From an uncultured Planctomycetia bacterium (GTDB lineage: Bacteria > Omnitrophota > Gorgyraeia > 2-02-FULL-51-18): a stretch of DNA of 64,000 nucleotides. The translations under genes were made by a program, and so were the position numbers. The notes beneath the pieces are model-generated. The model made no database searches. It saw only the letters and a list, made by a program, of their open reading frames with translations, and was not told the origin of the DNA. The stretch is taken from NCBI GenBank assembly GCA_964642015.1, contig CAZXLF010000005.1:139847-203846 (forward strand), in the 5' to 3' direction. Shown here piece by piece: positions 10,435 to 18,874 of the stretch (the stretch's first letter is position 1; every line of letters begins with the position of its first letter).

Positions 10435-11562
10435 TCACACCGATAATTCTGAAAAAACTGTCTCGGCAAAGAATTGTCCGCGGTCAGTTAGACGCAATTT
10501 GCCATTTTCTTCGCATAGCAAATCCTTATCCTTAAGAGAATCGATGCTGTCTTTTATCTGCTTGATCAACGGATGAAAACGCTTTATCTCTGCACCGTTC
10601 ATTAAGCGAAGCGCCAATAAAAAAGCTTCCCTCTCTCTTTTCTCGGAGATCAATTTTTCCTCTTCCGCGGCGGACCAGTCATTTTTTTCGATCTTTTTCA
10701 GATATTCTTCGTAACTTTTCGCAAACATGAACCGCCGTCCTTTCACATAGGAGAATGCTCCGGGACCCAAACCCAGGTATTCTTCGTTATTCCAATAGAT
10801 CTTGTTATGCCGTGACTCAAAACCTGGTTTTGCATAACTCAAAAGTTCATAGTGAAAAAACGCTGCTCGCTTTAAGGTATTTCGGGCAAGCGACAACATT
10901 TTTATCTGTAGATCTTCATCAGGAAGTTTCAGCTTTCCTTTTTTGAATAAATCCCCAAAAACCGTCCTTTCCTCGATTGTCAATTCATACAAAGAAACAT
11001 GCTGCGGCGCAAGACCGATTAATTGGTCCAAAGAATTTTTCACGTCATCCAGCGTTTCGCCAGGCAATGAAAGAATAAGATCCAAACTGATATTTTTGAA
11101 TCCGGCGTCTTTCAAAATTTTTACAGAAGATAAAATATCTTTTGCGCGGTGAGTTCGATTTATACGTTCTAACGTTTCATCGTGAAATGATTGAGCACCA
11201 AGACTGATACGGTTTATTCCTAGAGAAAAATAATTTTTTACTTTTTCTTGATCGATGTCTCCAGGATTGATTTCGCATGTGATCTCTGCAGAGCTTTTAA
11301 ATTTAAAATTCTTTTTCAGTAATCGAAAAAGATCAGCTGTTTCCGAGCGGCGCATCACCGACGGCGTTCCGCCGCCCAGATACAACGTATCGAACGAGAT
11401 TGCCGCGAAATCATTCTTATAGTGAAAAATTTCCTTTTCTAAAGCAGCCAAAAAATCCCGGTGATCCTGCAAAGCATTATTCGTTGTGATCACGAAATTA
11501 CAGTAGTGACATTTTTTGGTGCAAAATGGGATATGAACATACAAACCGATCATCGGAATCAC
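10435..11562 (-). CDS. hemW: radical SAM heme chaperone HemW-like (oxygen-independent coproporphyrinogen III oxidase family)
   Basis: CxxxCxxC (CTKKCHYC) radical SAM motif at N-terminus plus HemN_C-like C-terminal domain; 375 aa. Confidence 0.8.
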   Translation of the reverse strand: MIPMIGLYVHIPFCTKKCHYCNFVITTNNALQDHRDFLAALEKEIFHYKNDFAAISFDTLYLGGGTPSVMRRSETADLFRLLKKNFKFKSSAEITCEINPGDIDQEKVKNYFSLGINRISLGAQSFHDETLERINRTHRAKDILSSVKILKDAGFKNISLDLILSLPGETLDDVKNSLDQLIGLAPQHVSLYELTIEERTVFGDLFKKGKLKLPDEDLQIKMLSLARNTLKRAAFFHYELLSYAKPGFESRHNKIYWNNEEYLGLGPGAFSYVKGRRFMFAKSYEEYLKKIEKNDWSAAEEEKLISEKREREAFLLALRLMNGAEIKRFHPLIKQIKDSIDSLKDKDLLCEENGKLRLTDRGQFFAETVFSELSV

Positions 11563-11726
11563 TATAACTCAAAAATAAAATTCTTGCTTCTCTTTTCAGA
11601 GAATTTGTGATAGTAATAGTGGGTCAATTGACTGGGCTTCATGAGCCCAATAAAGGTCGACCGCAAATTTTCGCGGAGAAGGTCAAAGGAAATTAACCTG
11701 TTTTTAATATAAGGGAGAACATTACT

Positions 11727-11984
11727 GTGGCAAGAAAAGCAAATCCAGCGTTCATGAAACCGTTGCAGCCTAGCGAAGCACTCAGCAAAGTTGTCGGAAG
11801 CAAGGCGATACCTCGCACCGAAGTCGTCAAGAAGCTGTGGGCTTACATCAAGAAGAATGACCTTCAGGATAAGAAGAACAGAAGGAACATCAATGCGGAT
11901 GCGACCTTGAAGGCCGTATTCGGCGGCAAGTCCCAAGTGTCGATGTTCGACATGACTAAGCTGGTTTCTAAACACCTCTCATAA
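11727..11984 (+). CDS. SWIB/MDM2 domain protein
   Basis: 85 aa; PRTEVVKKLWAYIKKNDLQD...RNINAD..LKAVFGG...VSMF.M.KLVSKHL is a canonical SWIB domain; GTG start with AGGGAG RBS 10 nt upstream. Confidence 0.85.
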   Translation: MARKANPAFMKPLQPSEALSKVVGSKAIPRTEVVKKLWAYIKKNDLQDKKNRRNINADATLKAVFGGKSQVSMFDMTKLVSKHLS

Positions 11985-12010
11985 TAAACGTTCAAATCAG
12001 TAATAAAAAA

Positions 12011-12040
12011 GGCGGCCCACAAAGCCGCCTTTTTTATTTT
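12011..12040. terminator. bidirectional rho-independent terminator between SWIB gene and DUF2203 gene
   Basis: GGCGGCCCACAAAGCCGCC hairpin flanked by an A-run upstream and a T-run downstream. Confidence 0.7.
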
Positions 12041-12053
12041 TCTATTTTCTCGG

Positions 12054-12443
12054 TTATTTAGAATTCGGGAATAAATATTCCTTCGGGATGAGTTTCCTGC
12101 CGGCAAATCCTGAATCTACTTCATGATAATATCTCAGCTCATCTTCATCGCTGCGCCAGCAGAGGAATACATCCTTGCCGTCGATCACGCAGGGAAAATC
12201 AACGAGGCCGACTGAAAAATTCCAGTCTTTGTAAGAACATCCAATCGCTTCCAACTCTTCGAACAATTCTTCAAGCTGATCCATCAGACGAATGATTTCA
12301 GGATCATCCTGCGCATCGGTACCGATCTGAGCTGACAAAGCACGGATTTGATGACCTAGTTCCAGAATATCGGATACGACTTTTTTTACGAAGGGCAAAG
12401 TCTGATTAGCGTCCTGAGGTGTGAAGATTTTTACAGGCTGCAT
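12054..12443 (-). CDS. DUF2203-family protein
   Basis: 129 aa; N-terminal KIFTPQDANQTLPFV matches the DUF2203 N-terminal signature. Confidence 0.6.
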   Translation of the reverse strand: MQPVKIFTPQDANQTLPFVKKVVSDILELGHQIRALSAQIGTDAQDDPEIIRLMDQLEELFEELEAIGCSYKDWNFSVGLVDFPCVIDGKDVFLCWRSDEDELRYYHEVDSGFAGRKLIPKEYLFPNSK

Positions 12444-12472
12444 ACGCGCGACACCTCCGTTAAGATGTGCTC

Positions 12473-13123
12473 TTAAGGGTGAAAATCGGACAAAAGATCC
12501 GACAATTCATCCATCTTCTTCAGAATTTTTTCCGGACAAGCCAGATTTTTTAATTCATTTCTGGAAGAATTTAAATTCATGATAAGCCGCTTGATGATCT
12601 GTGATTTCCTGTTTTCCTTTTCTTGCATCGAATCTTTTGGTGCGCTGCTTTTCAAAATATAGCGGATCTTATTTTTTACCTCTGCATCTTCTTTGACGTT
12701 ATCAAGAACTTCCTCACGAAGCGTCTGATAATCACGCTCCGTGATCCTGTCGCTCTGCTTCGCCAAACGCAATGCATTCACCGATTCGTAACTTGGAATA
12801 CGGCTTGGCTTTTGATCATCCGTCACTTGACGTTTTAAAAAAGCGGGCTCTTCATGCTCAAGGAATGAATAGGATTTCAGAAGCTTCATGGCTGTGGCCT
12901 GCTTGATGCCTATTTCTTTTGAACAATAAGCTTCGAAAGTAAGATATTCCCAGTCTTTGAATAGCTTGTCTTTATAAACAGTGAAAAGATATTGACCCAG
13001 TTCTATCCATGAACTTTTGAATCGACGGGCGGAATCCAGCACCTTGTAGCGCAGAGATTCCGGTTCAAGATCCTCCATGCGTTCTTCGATACGATGGATC
13101 GATTTGGTTTTTTGAAAGGTCAT
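12473..13123 (-). CDS. hypothetical protein
   Basis: 216 aa charged helical protein; no recognisable motif. Confidence 0.5.
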   Translation of the reverse strand: MTFQKTKSIHRIEERMEDLEPESLRYKVLDSARRFKSSWIELGQYLFTVYKDKLFKDWEYLTFEAYCSKEIGIKQATAMKLLKSYSFLEHEEPAFLKRQVTDDQKPSRIPSYESVNALRLAKQSDRITERDYQTLREEVLDNVKEDAEVKNKIRYILKSSAPKDSMQEKENRKSQIIKRLIMNLNSSRNELKNLACPEKILKKMDELSDLLSDFHP

Positions 13124-13147
13124 AAGGATTTATTTTACCACCCTCGG

Positions 13148-14458
13148 TCAACGATTCGAGCGGAATTTTTGCCCTCCGCCGTGGCCATGGCTTGAACCTC
13201 CCGAAGGCCGAAAATGTTTCTTCGGTCCGTGAAAAGAGCGATGAGATCCCTGCCCGCGGTGTTCACCACCGCGATGATGAGGTCTGGTATGGCCGTGATG
13301 CGGCGTCGCATGCGATGAAGCTTTGCGATAATTAAAATCCGGCAACGTTACTCGCGGAAGCCGCTGGTTGATCACACGCTCAATGTCTTTCACCATGTCC
13401 TCTTCGTCGGGTGAAACCAGTGAAAAAGCATCGCCAGTCGCTTCGGCTCGGGCAGTGCGTCCGATGCGGTGGATATAATCTTCCGGTGTTTGCGGAATAT
13501 CAAAATTAATGACATGTGTGATGTCTTTGACATCAATGCCGCGTGCGGCCACATCCGTAGCAACAAGTACCTGGCTTTTATTGCGTTTGAAGTTTTCAAG
13601 CGCCTTGGTGCGCTGCAATTGGCTCCGGTCACCGTGGATCACCGAGGTTCTGATACCGGCGCGTTCCAGCATATGTGCGAGACGATCCGCGCGAGATTTT
13701 GTGCGAGTAAAAACGATCACCGAATACATTTTCGTTCCGTGCTCATGGATCAGTCTTAACAAAAGCTCTGTCTTTTGATCATGCGAAACCGGGTAAACAG
13801 CGTGACGGATACCGGTGGGCGTGGTTGATTTTACTCCGACCTGCACCATAGCCGGATCGTGGCAAATCTGTTTGGCTAATGTCATGATCTCATCGGGGAT
13901 TGTTGCCGAAAAGATCAAATTTTGGCGTTTGGGTGGCAGAAGTGAAATGATCTTTCTAATGTCTGGTAAAAAACCCATGTCCATCATGCGGTCTGCTTCA
14001 TCAAGAACTAAGATCTCAAGCGCACCAAAATCGATCCTGCCTTCATAGACGTGATCTAAAAGTCGCCCCGGCGTCGCCGAGACGATATCCAATCCTTGAG
14101 CCAACGCTCGGATCTGAGGATTCATCGGAACTCCTCCGAATATCGCGTGGCCCCGTAAAGGCACATAACGTGAAAGATTTTGCAAATGCTCCATCGATTG
14201 AAGCGCCAATTCCCTCGTCGGTGCAACGATCAGCGCACGGATCCCTTTTTTATGCCGCGGCACTGAAAGAAGCTTATGCAATATTGGTAGAACAAACGCA
14301 GCTGTCTTTCCGGTCCCTGTTTGAGCCGAAGCGATCACATCGCGACCGGATAAAATTTTGGGGATACTCTCCTGTTGGACCGGCGTGGGACGGATAAATC
14401 CCAGATCATGAATACCTTTTAATAAATTCGGGTGAAGCCCTAAATTGTCAAATGACAT
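13148..14458 (-). CDS. DEAD-box ATP-dependent RNA helicase (RhlE-like) with Gly/His/Arg-rich C-terminal tail
   Basis: Q-motif, AQTGTGKTAAF (motif I), DEAD, SAT, HRIGRTAR motifs; roughly 60-aa low-complexity basic, His-rich C-terminus. Confidence 0.92.
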   Translation of the reverse strand: MSFDNLGLHPNLLKGIHDLGFIRPTPVQQESIPKILSGRDVIASAQTGTGKTAAFVLPILHKLLSVPRHKKGIRALIVAPTRELALQSMEHLQNLSRYVPLRGHAIFGGVPMNPQIRALAQGLDIVSATPGRLLDHVYEGRIDFGALEILVLDEADRMMDMGFLPDIRKIISLLPPKRQNLIFSATIPDEIMTLAKQICHDPAMVQVGVKSTTPTGIRHAVYPVSHDQKTELLLRLIHEHGTKMYSVIVFTRTKSRADRLAHMLERAGIRTSVIHGDRSQLQRTKALENFKRNKSQVLVATDVAARGIDVKDITHVINFDIPQTPEDYIHRIGRTARAEATGDAFSLVSPDEEDMVKDIERVINQRLPRVTLPDFNYRKASSHATPHHGHTRPHHRGGEHRGQGSHRSFHGPKKHFRPSGGSSHGHGGGQKFRSNR

Positions 14459-14490
14459 GAAATTTCTCTTTCTATTTAAAATAAATTTAA

Positions 14491-14567
14491 TGGTGGGCGG
14501 TAAAGGACTCGAACCTTTGACCTTCTGAATGTAAATCAGACGCTCTAACCAACTGAGCTAACCGCCC
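14491..14567 (-). tRNA. tRNA-Val (anticodon TAC)
   Basis: Cloverleaf read by hand: acceptor GGGCGGT/ACCGCCC, anticodon loop TTTACAT, T-arm GGTTCGAGTCC, encoded CCA. Confidence 0.85.
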
Positions 14568-14660
14568 GAATCTATGTGTTGCGGTTAGCGAAGCGACCTC
14601 GATCCTTAAGGATCAACCCGCCGATGCTTTCTGGCGGGGAGCTAACCGCCCATTATAAAA
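14568..14660 (-). other. degenerate tRNA-Val-like copy / structured element with its own -10 box
   Basis: On the minus strand TATAAT is followed directly by GGGCGGTTAGCTC (identical to the tRNA-Val 5' end), then nested stems (CCCGCC/GGCGGG; GCGGTTAGC/GCTAACCGC) and a T-arm-like AAGGATCGAGGTCGCTT. Confidence 0.45.
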
Positions 14661-14705
14661 AATGAGCAGATTAGTCTATCATATAACCTTTGGTTAAAGC
14701 CAATC

Positions 14706-15161
14706 TTAGGCAAGCCGCGTGTCGGAGGACGGGATCGACCGGGAAAGCTCAAGATCCTCGATATCATTTTCTGTCGGAAGACCGGTAGACTTTTCGTCTT
14801 CTTCGGTCCACGCGCCGACTTCCGTCAAAGCCGCGATCTCATCGGTCAATTGATTGCTGTTTGCTTGTGCCAGCTCGACTGTCTGGTTAGTAGGTGCTAC
14901 CGGCATACCGCGCATACCGATCGGTAATCTTAAGACTAGAATAGAACCAATGACCAATACAGTCATGACGGGCACCCATGCACGGACCCAAGATCTTTTC
15001 GGTTTGAATTGGATCTCAAGGCTTGGCTGTTTTTCACGGATGCGTTTTTCAACAGAAGCGGAAAAACCCTTCATGATGGCCGGCGGTACTTTTTGCTCGC
15101 GAACAGCCTTTAAACGCTCCATCAGCGATTTGTCCTGCTGATCAAAAAGTTCATTTGTCAT
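14706..15161 (-). CDS. putative anti-sigma factor (single-pass membrane protein)
   Basis: 151 aa with one TM helix, 3 nt downstream of the ECF sigma gene; call rests on position only. Confidence 0.5.
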   Translation of the reverse strand: MTNELFDQQDKSLMERLKAVREQKVPPAIMKGFSASVEKRIREKQPSLEIQFKPKRSWVRAWVPVMTVLVIGSILVLRLPIGMRGMPVAPTNQTVELAQANSNQLTDEIAALTEVGAWTEEDEKSTGLPTENDIEDLELSRSIPSSDTRLA

Positions 15162-15164
15162 GGG

Positions 15165-15794
15165 TTATTCTCCTATTGATATAAAGCCGCTTAAAAGTTT
15201 CTGCATTTTCTGTCCCGCCTGCCAAATATTGGCTTTCACAGCACCCAAACTCAACCCCATCGTTTCTGCGATCTCTTCGAGACTTAGACCCTCAAGATAT
15301 CTTAAACTAAACGCATTTCTTTGCTGTGCCGGTAGTTTATCAATCGCCTTAAAAATCTCGTTTCCTAACTCGCTATTCATCAAATTCTCAGCCGCTGTTT
15401 TCGTTTGACCGGCAATATTCATCAAAGGGTCATCTTCGTCATCCGTGCGATGGAACCAAAACGAAAGATGCTGTCTCACTTTCTTTTTTCTCAAAAAATC
15501 CTTGCACATATTCACTAGGATCCGGTAAAACCAAGTATAAAACCGGCTGTCAGCCCTGAAACTTTGAAGATTCTCATAAGCTTTCACGAAAGCTTCCTGA
15601 GCCATGTCGTGGGCATCTTCGAAATTGCCTAAAATAGAATAGGCAATATGGACTGCCCGCTCCTGGTAAATCTCGACTAGTTTTGAAAAAGAGCTTATAT
15701 TGCCATTACGCGCTTCTTCGATCAGCGCCGACTCTCTTGGATCAGCGTTCTTCACCTTGCCGCCCACGTGCGCCACGATCGCGGAAGAATCCAT
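15165..15794 (-). CDS. ECF (sigma-70 family) RNA polymerase sigma factor
   Basis: Region 2 (FYTWFYRILVN) and region 4 HTH (LSLEEIAETMGLSLGAVKANIWQA); the ORF-track N-terminus overlaps the upstream gene, so the true start is likely an internal ATG/GTG (15755-15794). Confidence 0.85.
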   Translation of the reverse strand: MDSSAIVAHVGGKVKNADPRESALIEEARNGNISSFSKLVEIYQERAVHIAYSILGNFEDAHDMAQEAFVKAYENLQSFRADSRFYTWFYRILVNMCKDFLRKKKVRQHLSFWFHRTDDEDDPLMNIAGQTKTAAENLMNSELGNEIFKAIDKLPAQQRNAFSLRYLEGLSLEEIAETMGLSLGAVKANIWQAGQKMQKLLSGFISIGE

Positions 15795-16518
15795 TCCCAG
15801 CATTATCATCAGATCCATTGGCGCCATTGTCACCTTCCCGCCAACGATTCCTGCGAAAACCCTGACGCTGTCCAAACCTCGGATGATTCTGCATGAATTG
15901 CTGATAACGGTCTGGATTATTTTCCTTCATTTCTTCCAGCCTTCCGGTGCGATCCTGCATCGTTTGTCCGAACTTCTCAGGATCGTTTCTACGCACATTT
16001 CCCATTGTCTCGCGTCTTTGAAGTTTCTCCGCAAGCTTCGGATGTTCCTTCATAATTTGGTCATATTTCGCAGGATCACTTTGCTGCAAATTTTGAAGCT
16101 TCTGCATTTTATTCTGCATGATCTGCTGAAATTTTTCGGGATTCTGCTGTTTGAGTTTTTCGAGACGCTGTTGACGCACTTTACGGGTTATTTCCTGATA
16201 TTTTTGGGGATCTTTCTCTTTAAGTTCCTGAAGTTTCTCTTTTAATTTTTGCTTGCGGTCTTTAACAACTCTCTCGAACTCATCAGGATTTTCGGCCTTC
16301 AATCTTTTAAGCTCCTCTATCTTTGCTCGGCGGTCATTAGCAGAACCCTGGGCTGATTGCTGGTCAACGGATTGATTGAATGGCTGGTTTTCGTCGGCAT
16401 AGGCACAAGACAAGCCGATCCAGATCGAAAGAAGCTGGATCAAAAAAATTTTTGCAAATCGTCTATTCAAAAACCTCATGGGCGGGTCCTCCTTAGCATT
16501 CCCCTTTTTAACCTTCAC
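15742..16518 (-). CDS. secreted repeat protein (about six tandem 23-aa [DN]PxK[FY]xQxMxxxxxxL repeats); putative periplasmic Spy/CpxP-like stress protein
   Basis: Signal peptide (LSCAYA), then Lys/Gln/Glu-rich tandem repeats and a Gly/Arg/Asn-rich tail; first gene of the sigma/anti-sigma operon. Confidence 0.6.
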   Translation of the reverse strand: MKVKKGNAKEDPPMRFLNRRFAKIFLIQLLSIWIGLSCAYADENQPFNQSVDQQSAQGSANDRRAKIEELKRLKAENPDEFERVVKDRKQKLKEKLQELKEKDPQKYQEITRKVRQQRLEKLKQQNPEKFQQIMQNKMQKLQNLQQSDPAKYDQIMKEHPKLAEKLQRRETMGNVRRNDPEKFGQTMQDRTGRLEEMKENNPDRYQQFMQNHPRFGQRQGFRRNRWREGDNGANGSDDNAGNGFFRDRGARGRQGEER

Positions 16519-16617
16519 CCTATTAGACGCAAATTATCAAAAAAAGATTAAATTGATCAGTTCTATTTTAAATCTTAAGTTGTTTAAATTCAATAACTTA
16601 AGATAAACCTCTAAAAA

Positions 16618-16980
16618 TTATCCATTCTTTAGAGCTTTTGGGAGCTTATCGATCTTAGCGGCTAGTATGAAATCGTTCTCCGAAAGTCCCCCGATCGCAT
16701 GTGTGCTAAGTTCAATCAAAAGTTTGCGGTATCCAGTCAAATGAATATCCGGATGGTGGTCTTCTTTTTCAGCCAGTTTGGCGATCCGGCCAACCAACTG
16801 AATAGCCGACGCAAAGTCTTTCATCACATAAGAAGTGCGGATAGATGTGATGTCAACAGAAGCAATCCAATCATCAAGATCTCTGATATGTTTTAGCACT
16901 TCCTCCTTTGACAAAGGAGCAGCACCGCCTTCACAAGGGATACATTTCTTTTTTGTCCAATCCATCTTCTTAGTTTTCAT
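16618..16980 (-). CDS. pterin-4a-carbinolamine dehydratase (PCD/DCoH)
   Basis: EDHHPDI catalytic motif; about 110 aa core. Confidence 0.8.
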   Translation of the reverse strand: MKTKKMDWTKKKCIPCEGGAAPLSKEEVLKHIRDLDDWIASVDITSIRTSYVMKDFASAIQLVGRIAKLAEKEDHHPDIHLTGYRKLLIELSTHAIGGLSENDFILAAKIDKLPKALKNG

Positions 16981-16988
16981 GGAAAAAA

Positions 16989-18179
16989 TTACTTTAAGAT
17001 CACTAAACTGGAAGTGTAACCATGGACATAATTTTTATCGCCGATAGGTCCAATCTCTCCATTTGCGAAAAAACCGGCTAAAGGCAAAGGACCTTTCGCG
17101 GTCTGGATCATACGGATATCATGATCCGGTCTTCCATAAAGATTTTTTCCCCGTCCGCAGCAGCTCACTAAGATCGCGCCTTGAGGTGAACCATGATCCG
17201 TTCCGTGGAGATTGGCCAACAAAGCTTTCAGATCTTCCTCCGACGTTTCGGCGTCCCTCAATTGAAATTGGATCGTTTGGCCTACTTTGAGAGAAGAACC
17301 AATGATCAGAGCACCGCTGTCAGGGTCAAAACCCATGATATTCCGGATCAAAAAATCACCGCGCTTGAACGCCGTTTGATTTTCATTCATGACAAATCCT
17401 ACAAAAAGTGAATGCTCCGAAAGTTTTTTATCCTTTGCGGACAGTCCTTCCAAAACCTCGCGTGTGGCCACCAGCGCAGGTTTCCCCGCCAATTCATAAA
17501 GCACGTTATCTTCCGCTTTGGTGATCACGAACGGCTTACCGATCGGCCGGCATCCCTGAGAAACAATAGTTTCAAAAGAGATATTCCCTGTCAGTGCCAC
17601 GCCGACGGCACCATTGTCATAAATATTCCCATTCAGGCAAAGCCAGTTTGGCATGTTCATGACGCCGCCGCTGGCAAGCCCCCCGATCACCGGGGAGCCT
17701 TTGTACGCATGATTAAAATTATTCAGTAACCTTGAAATATCGCAGCTCGACGGGTCGGCAAAAGAAATAAAATGCGGTTTATCAGTAGGATAAATATCCA
17801 ACAGTTTAATCAGTTCCGTGCCATTTTCTACGCTATTTGCCTCGTCGCCGGAAATATAAAAAGTATTAAGACGTACGCCGGGAAGATGCATCGCGAGTAC
17901 AGAGATCGCCGGTTCAAGTTCAATCTCGACCTCATCTCCGATCACACCGCTGGAATTGCAGCCGATCATAATTCGGCATAAAAGTTCTTCATTTAAAAGT
18001 TGAGAAAATGTCTTAGCATCGAAATCCTTGTAGGTCTCGGATACAAAAAAAACGGCCAAGTCACAGGACTTGCCTTGAAATTCTTTCTTGATCTTGGAAG
18101 CAAGCACCTGGATCTCTTTTTTCCAGTTCCTGCCTTTAGAAAAACCTGATAAAAATATTTTATTGTCTGTAGGTTCCAT
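16989..18179 (-). CDS. FIST-domain sensor protein (FIST_N + FIST_C)
   Basis: C-terminal AGFFANGEIGPIG is the FIST_C hallmark; 396 aa. Confidence 0.75.
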   Translation of the reverse strand: MEPTDNKIFLSGFSKGRNWKKEIQVLASKIKKEFQGKSCDLAVFFVSETYKDFDAKTFSQLLNEELLCRIMIGCNSSGVIGDEVEIELEPAISVLAMHLPGVRLNTFYISGDEANSVENGTELIKLLDIYPTDKPHFISFADPSSCDISRLLNNFNHAYKGSPVIGGLASGGVMNMPNWLCLNGNIYDNGAVGVALTGNISFETIVSQGCRPIGKPFVITKAEDNVLYELAGKPALVATREVLEGLSAKDKKLSEHSLFVGFVMNENQTAFKRGDFLIRNIMGFDPDSGALIIGSSLKVGQTIQFQLRDAETSEEDLKALLANLHGTDHGSPQGAILVSCCGRGKNLYGRPDHDIRMIQTAKGPLPLAGFFANGEIGPIGDKNYVHGYTSSLVILK

Positions 18180-18190
18180 TGTTTACAAGA

Positions 18191-18865
18191 TCATTTTACC
18201 ACAAATAAAAATCCAAGATAGGTTTTCATGTCAGGATCGTAAGTCTTAGAACTCATTCTCGCGGACTCATCGGCACTGCAATCGACATCAGATCTTACAA
18301 CGAGCTTTTTTGGCGGTGATGAACGATGATGAACACGCGCGATGATCTCTTGTCCCAAATAACAGCCTTTCGTGTAAGACACAAATTCTTCATCACCAAC
18401 ATTCAAAAGAAGCTCTTCGTCATAATCGATTCCCTGGAAAGGGATATTATTCTTTAATCGAAAAAGGGTGAACTCTTCATCAGTCACATTGGAAGAAATA
18501 TTGCGGTAAGTTAAGATAAGACTGCCCTTTCTCTCCAAGATGATGTATTCGCCTTTACCCTCTTTAAAATCCCCGTCCAAATCATAGTATACATTCAAAT
18601 TTTCATCAGAAAAGGTTGTATCGGTCAATTGCAGGTATTTTCGAAGATGATTCATCAGACGTTCTAAATATTGTTTTTCTATAACGATCAATGCTTCTTC
18701 GTCATTTAAGATTAATTGATCAAAAACAGCGACGATCTGGCCTTTAATATTTAAAAACGCATTTCTTGGCTTATCCAAAGAATTAGAAGAATACGCTTTT
18801 AAAAATTCAGAGGCTTTGTTTTGAATTCGAAGGGTTGATTTATTTTTTAGCGGGTAGATTCTCAT
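18191..18865 (-). CDS. YgfZ/CAF17-like folate-binding protein (GcvT fold)
   Basis: Conserved KGCYLGQE motif near the C-terminus. Confidence 0.7.
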   Translation of the reverse strand: MRIYPLKNKSTLRIQNKASEFLKAYSSNSLDKPRNAFLNIKGQIVAVFDQLILNDEEALIVIEKQYLERLMNHLRKYLQLTDTTFSDENLNVYYDLDGDFKEGKGEYIILERKGSLILTYRNISSNVTDEEFTLFRLKNNIPFQGIDYDEELLLNVGDEEFVSYTKGCYLGQEIIARVHHRSSPPKKLVVRSDVDCSADESARMSSKTYDPDMKTYLGFLFVVK

Positions 18866-18874
18866 TAATAAATT

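Noticed and set aside
11562-11975. 137-aa minus-strand ORF from the six-frame track
   Set aside because: It is fully antisense to the well-supported SWIB gene and promoter region and has no motif; judged a shadow ORF. The same reasoning applies to the many plus-strand ORFs inside carB, atpA, atpD, glmS, purL and others.
14551-14654. 13-nt direct repeat (gagctaaccgccc) as att sites of an integrated element at tRNA-Val
   Set aside because: The repeat corresponds to the tRNA 5' end (not the usual 3' integration site), the repeats are only about 70 nt apart, and no integrase or cargo is present; better explained as a decayed tandem tRNA duplicate.
16519-16617. sigma-E-type (GGAACTT-N16-TCTAA) autoregulated promoter upstream of the ECF operon
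   Set aside because: A GAACTG and a CGTCTAA are present, but they are separated by about 30 nt, which is incompatible with ECF promoter spacing; left unassigned.
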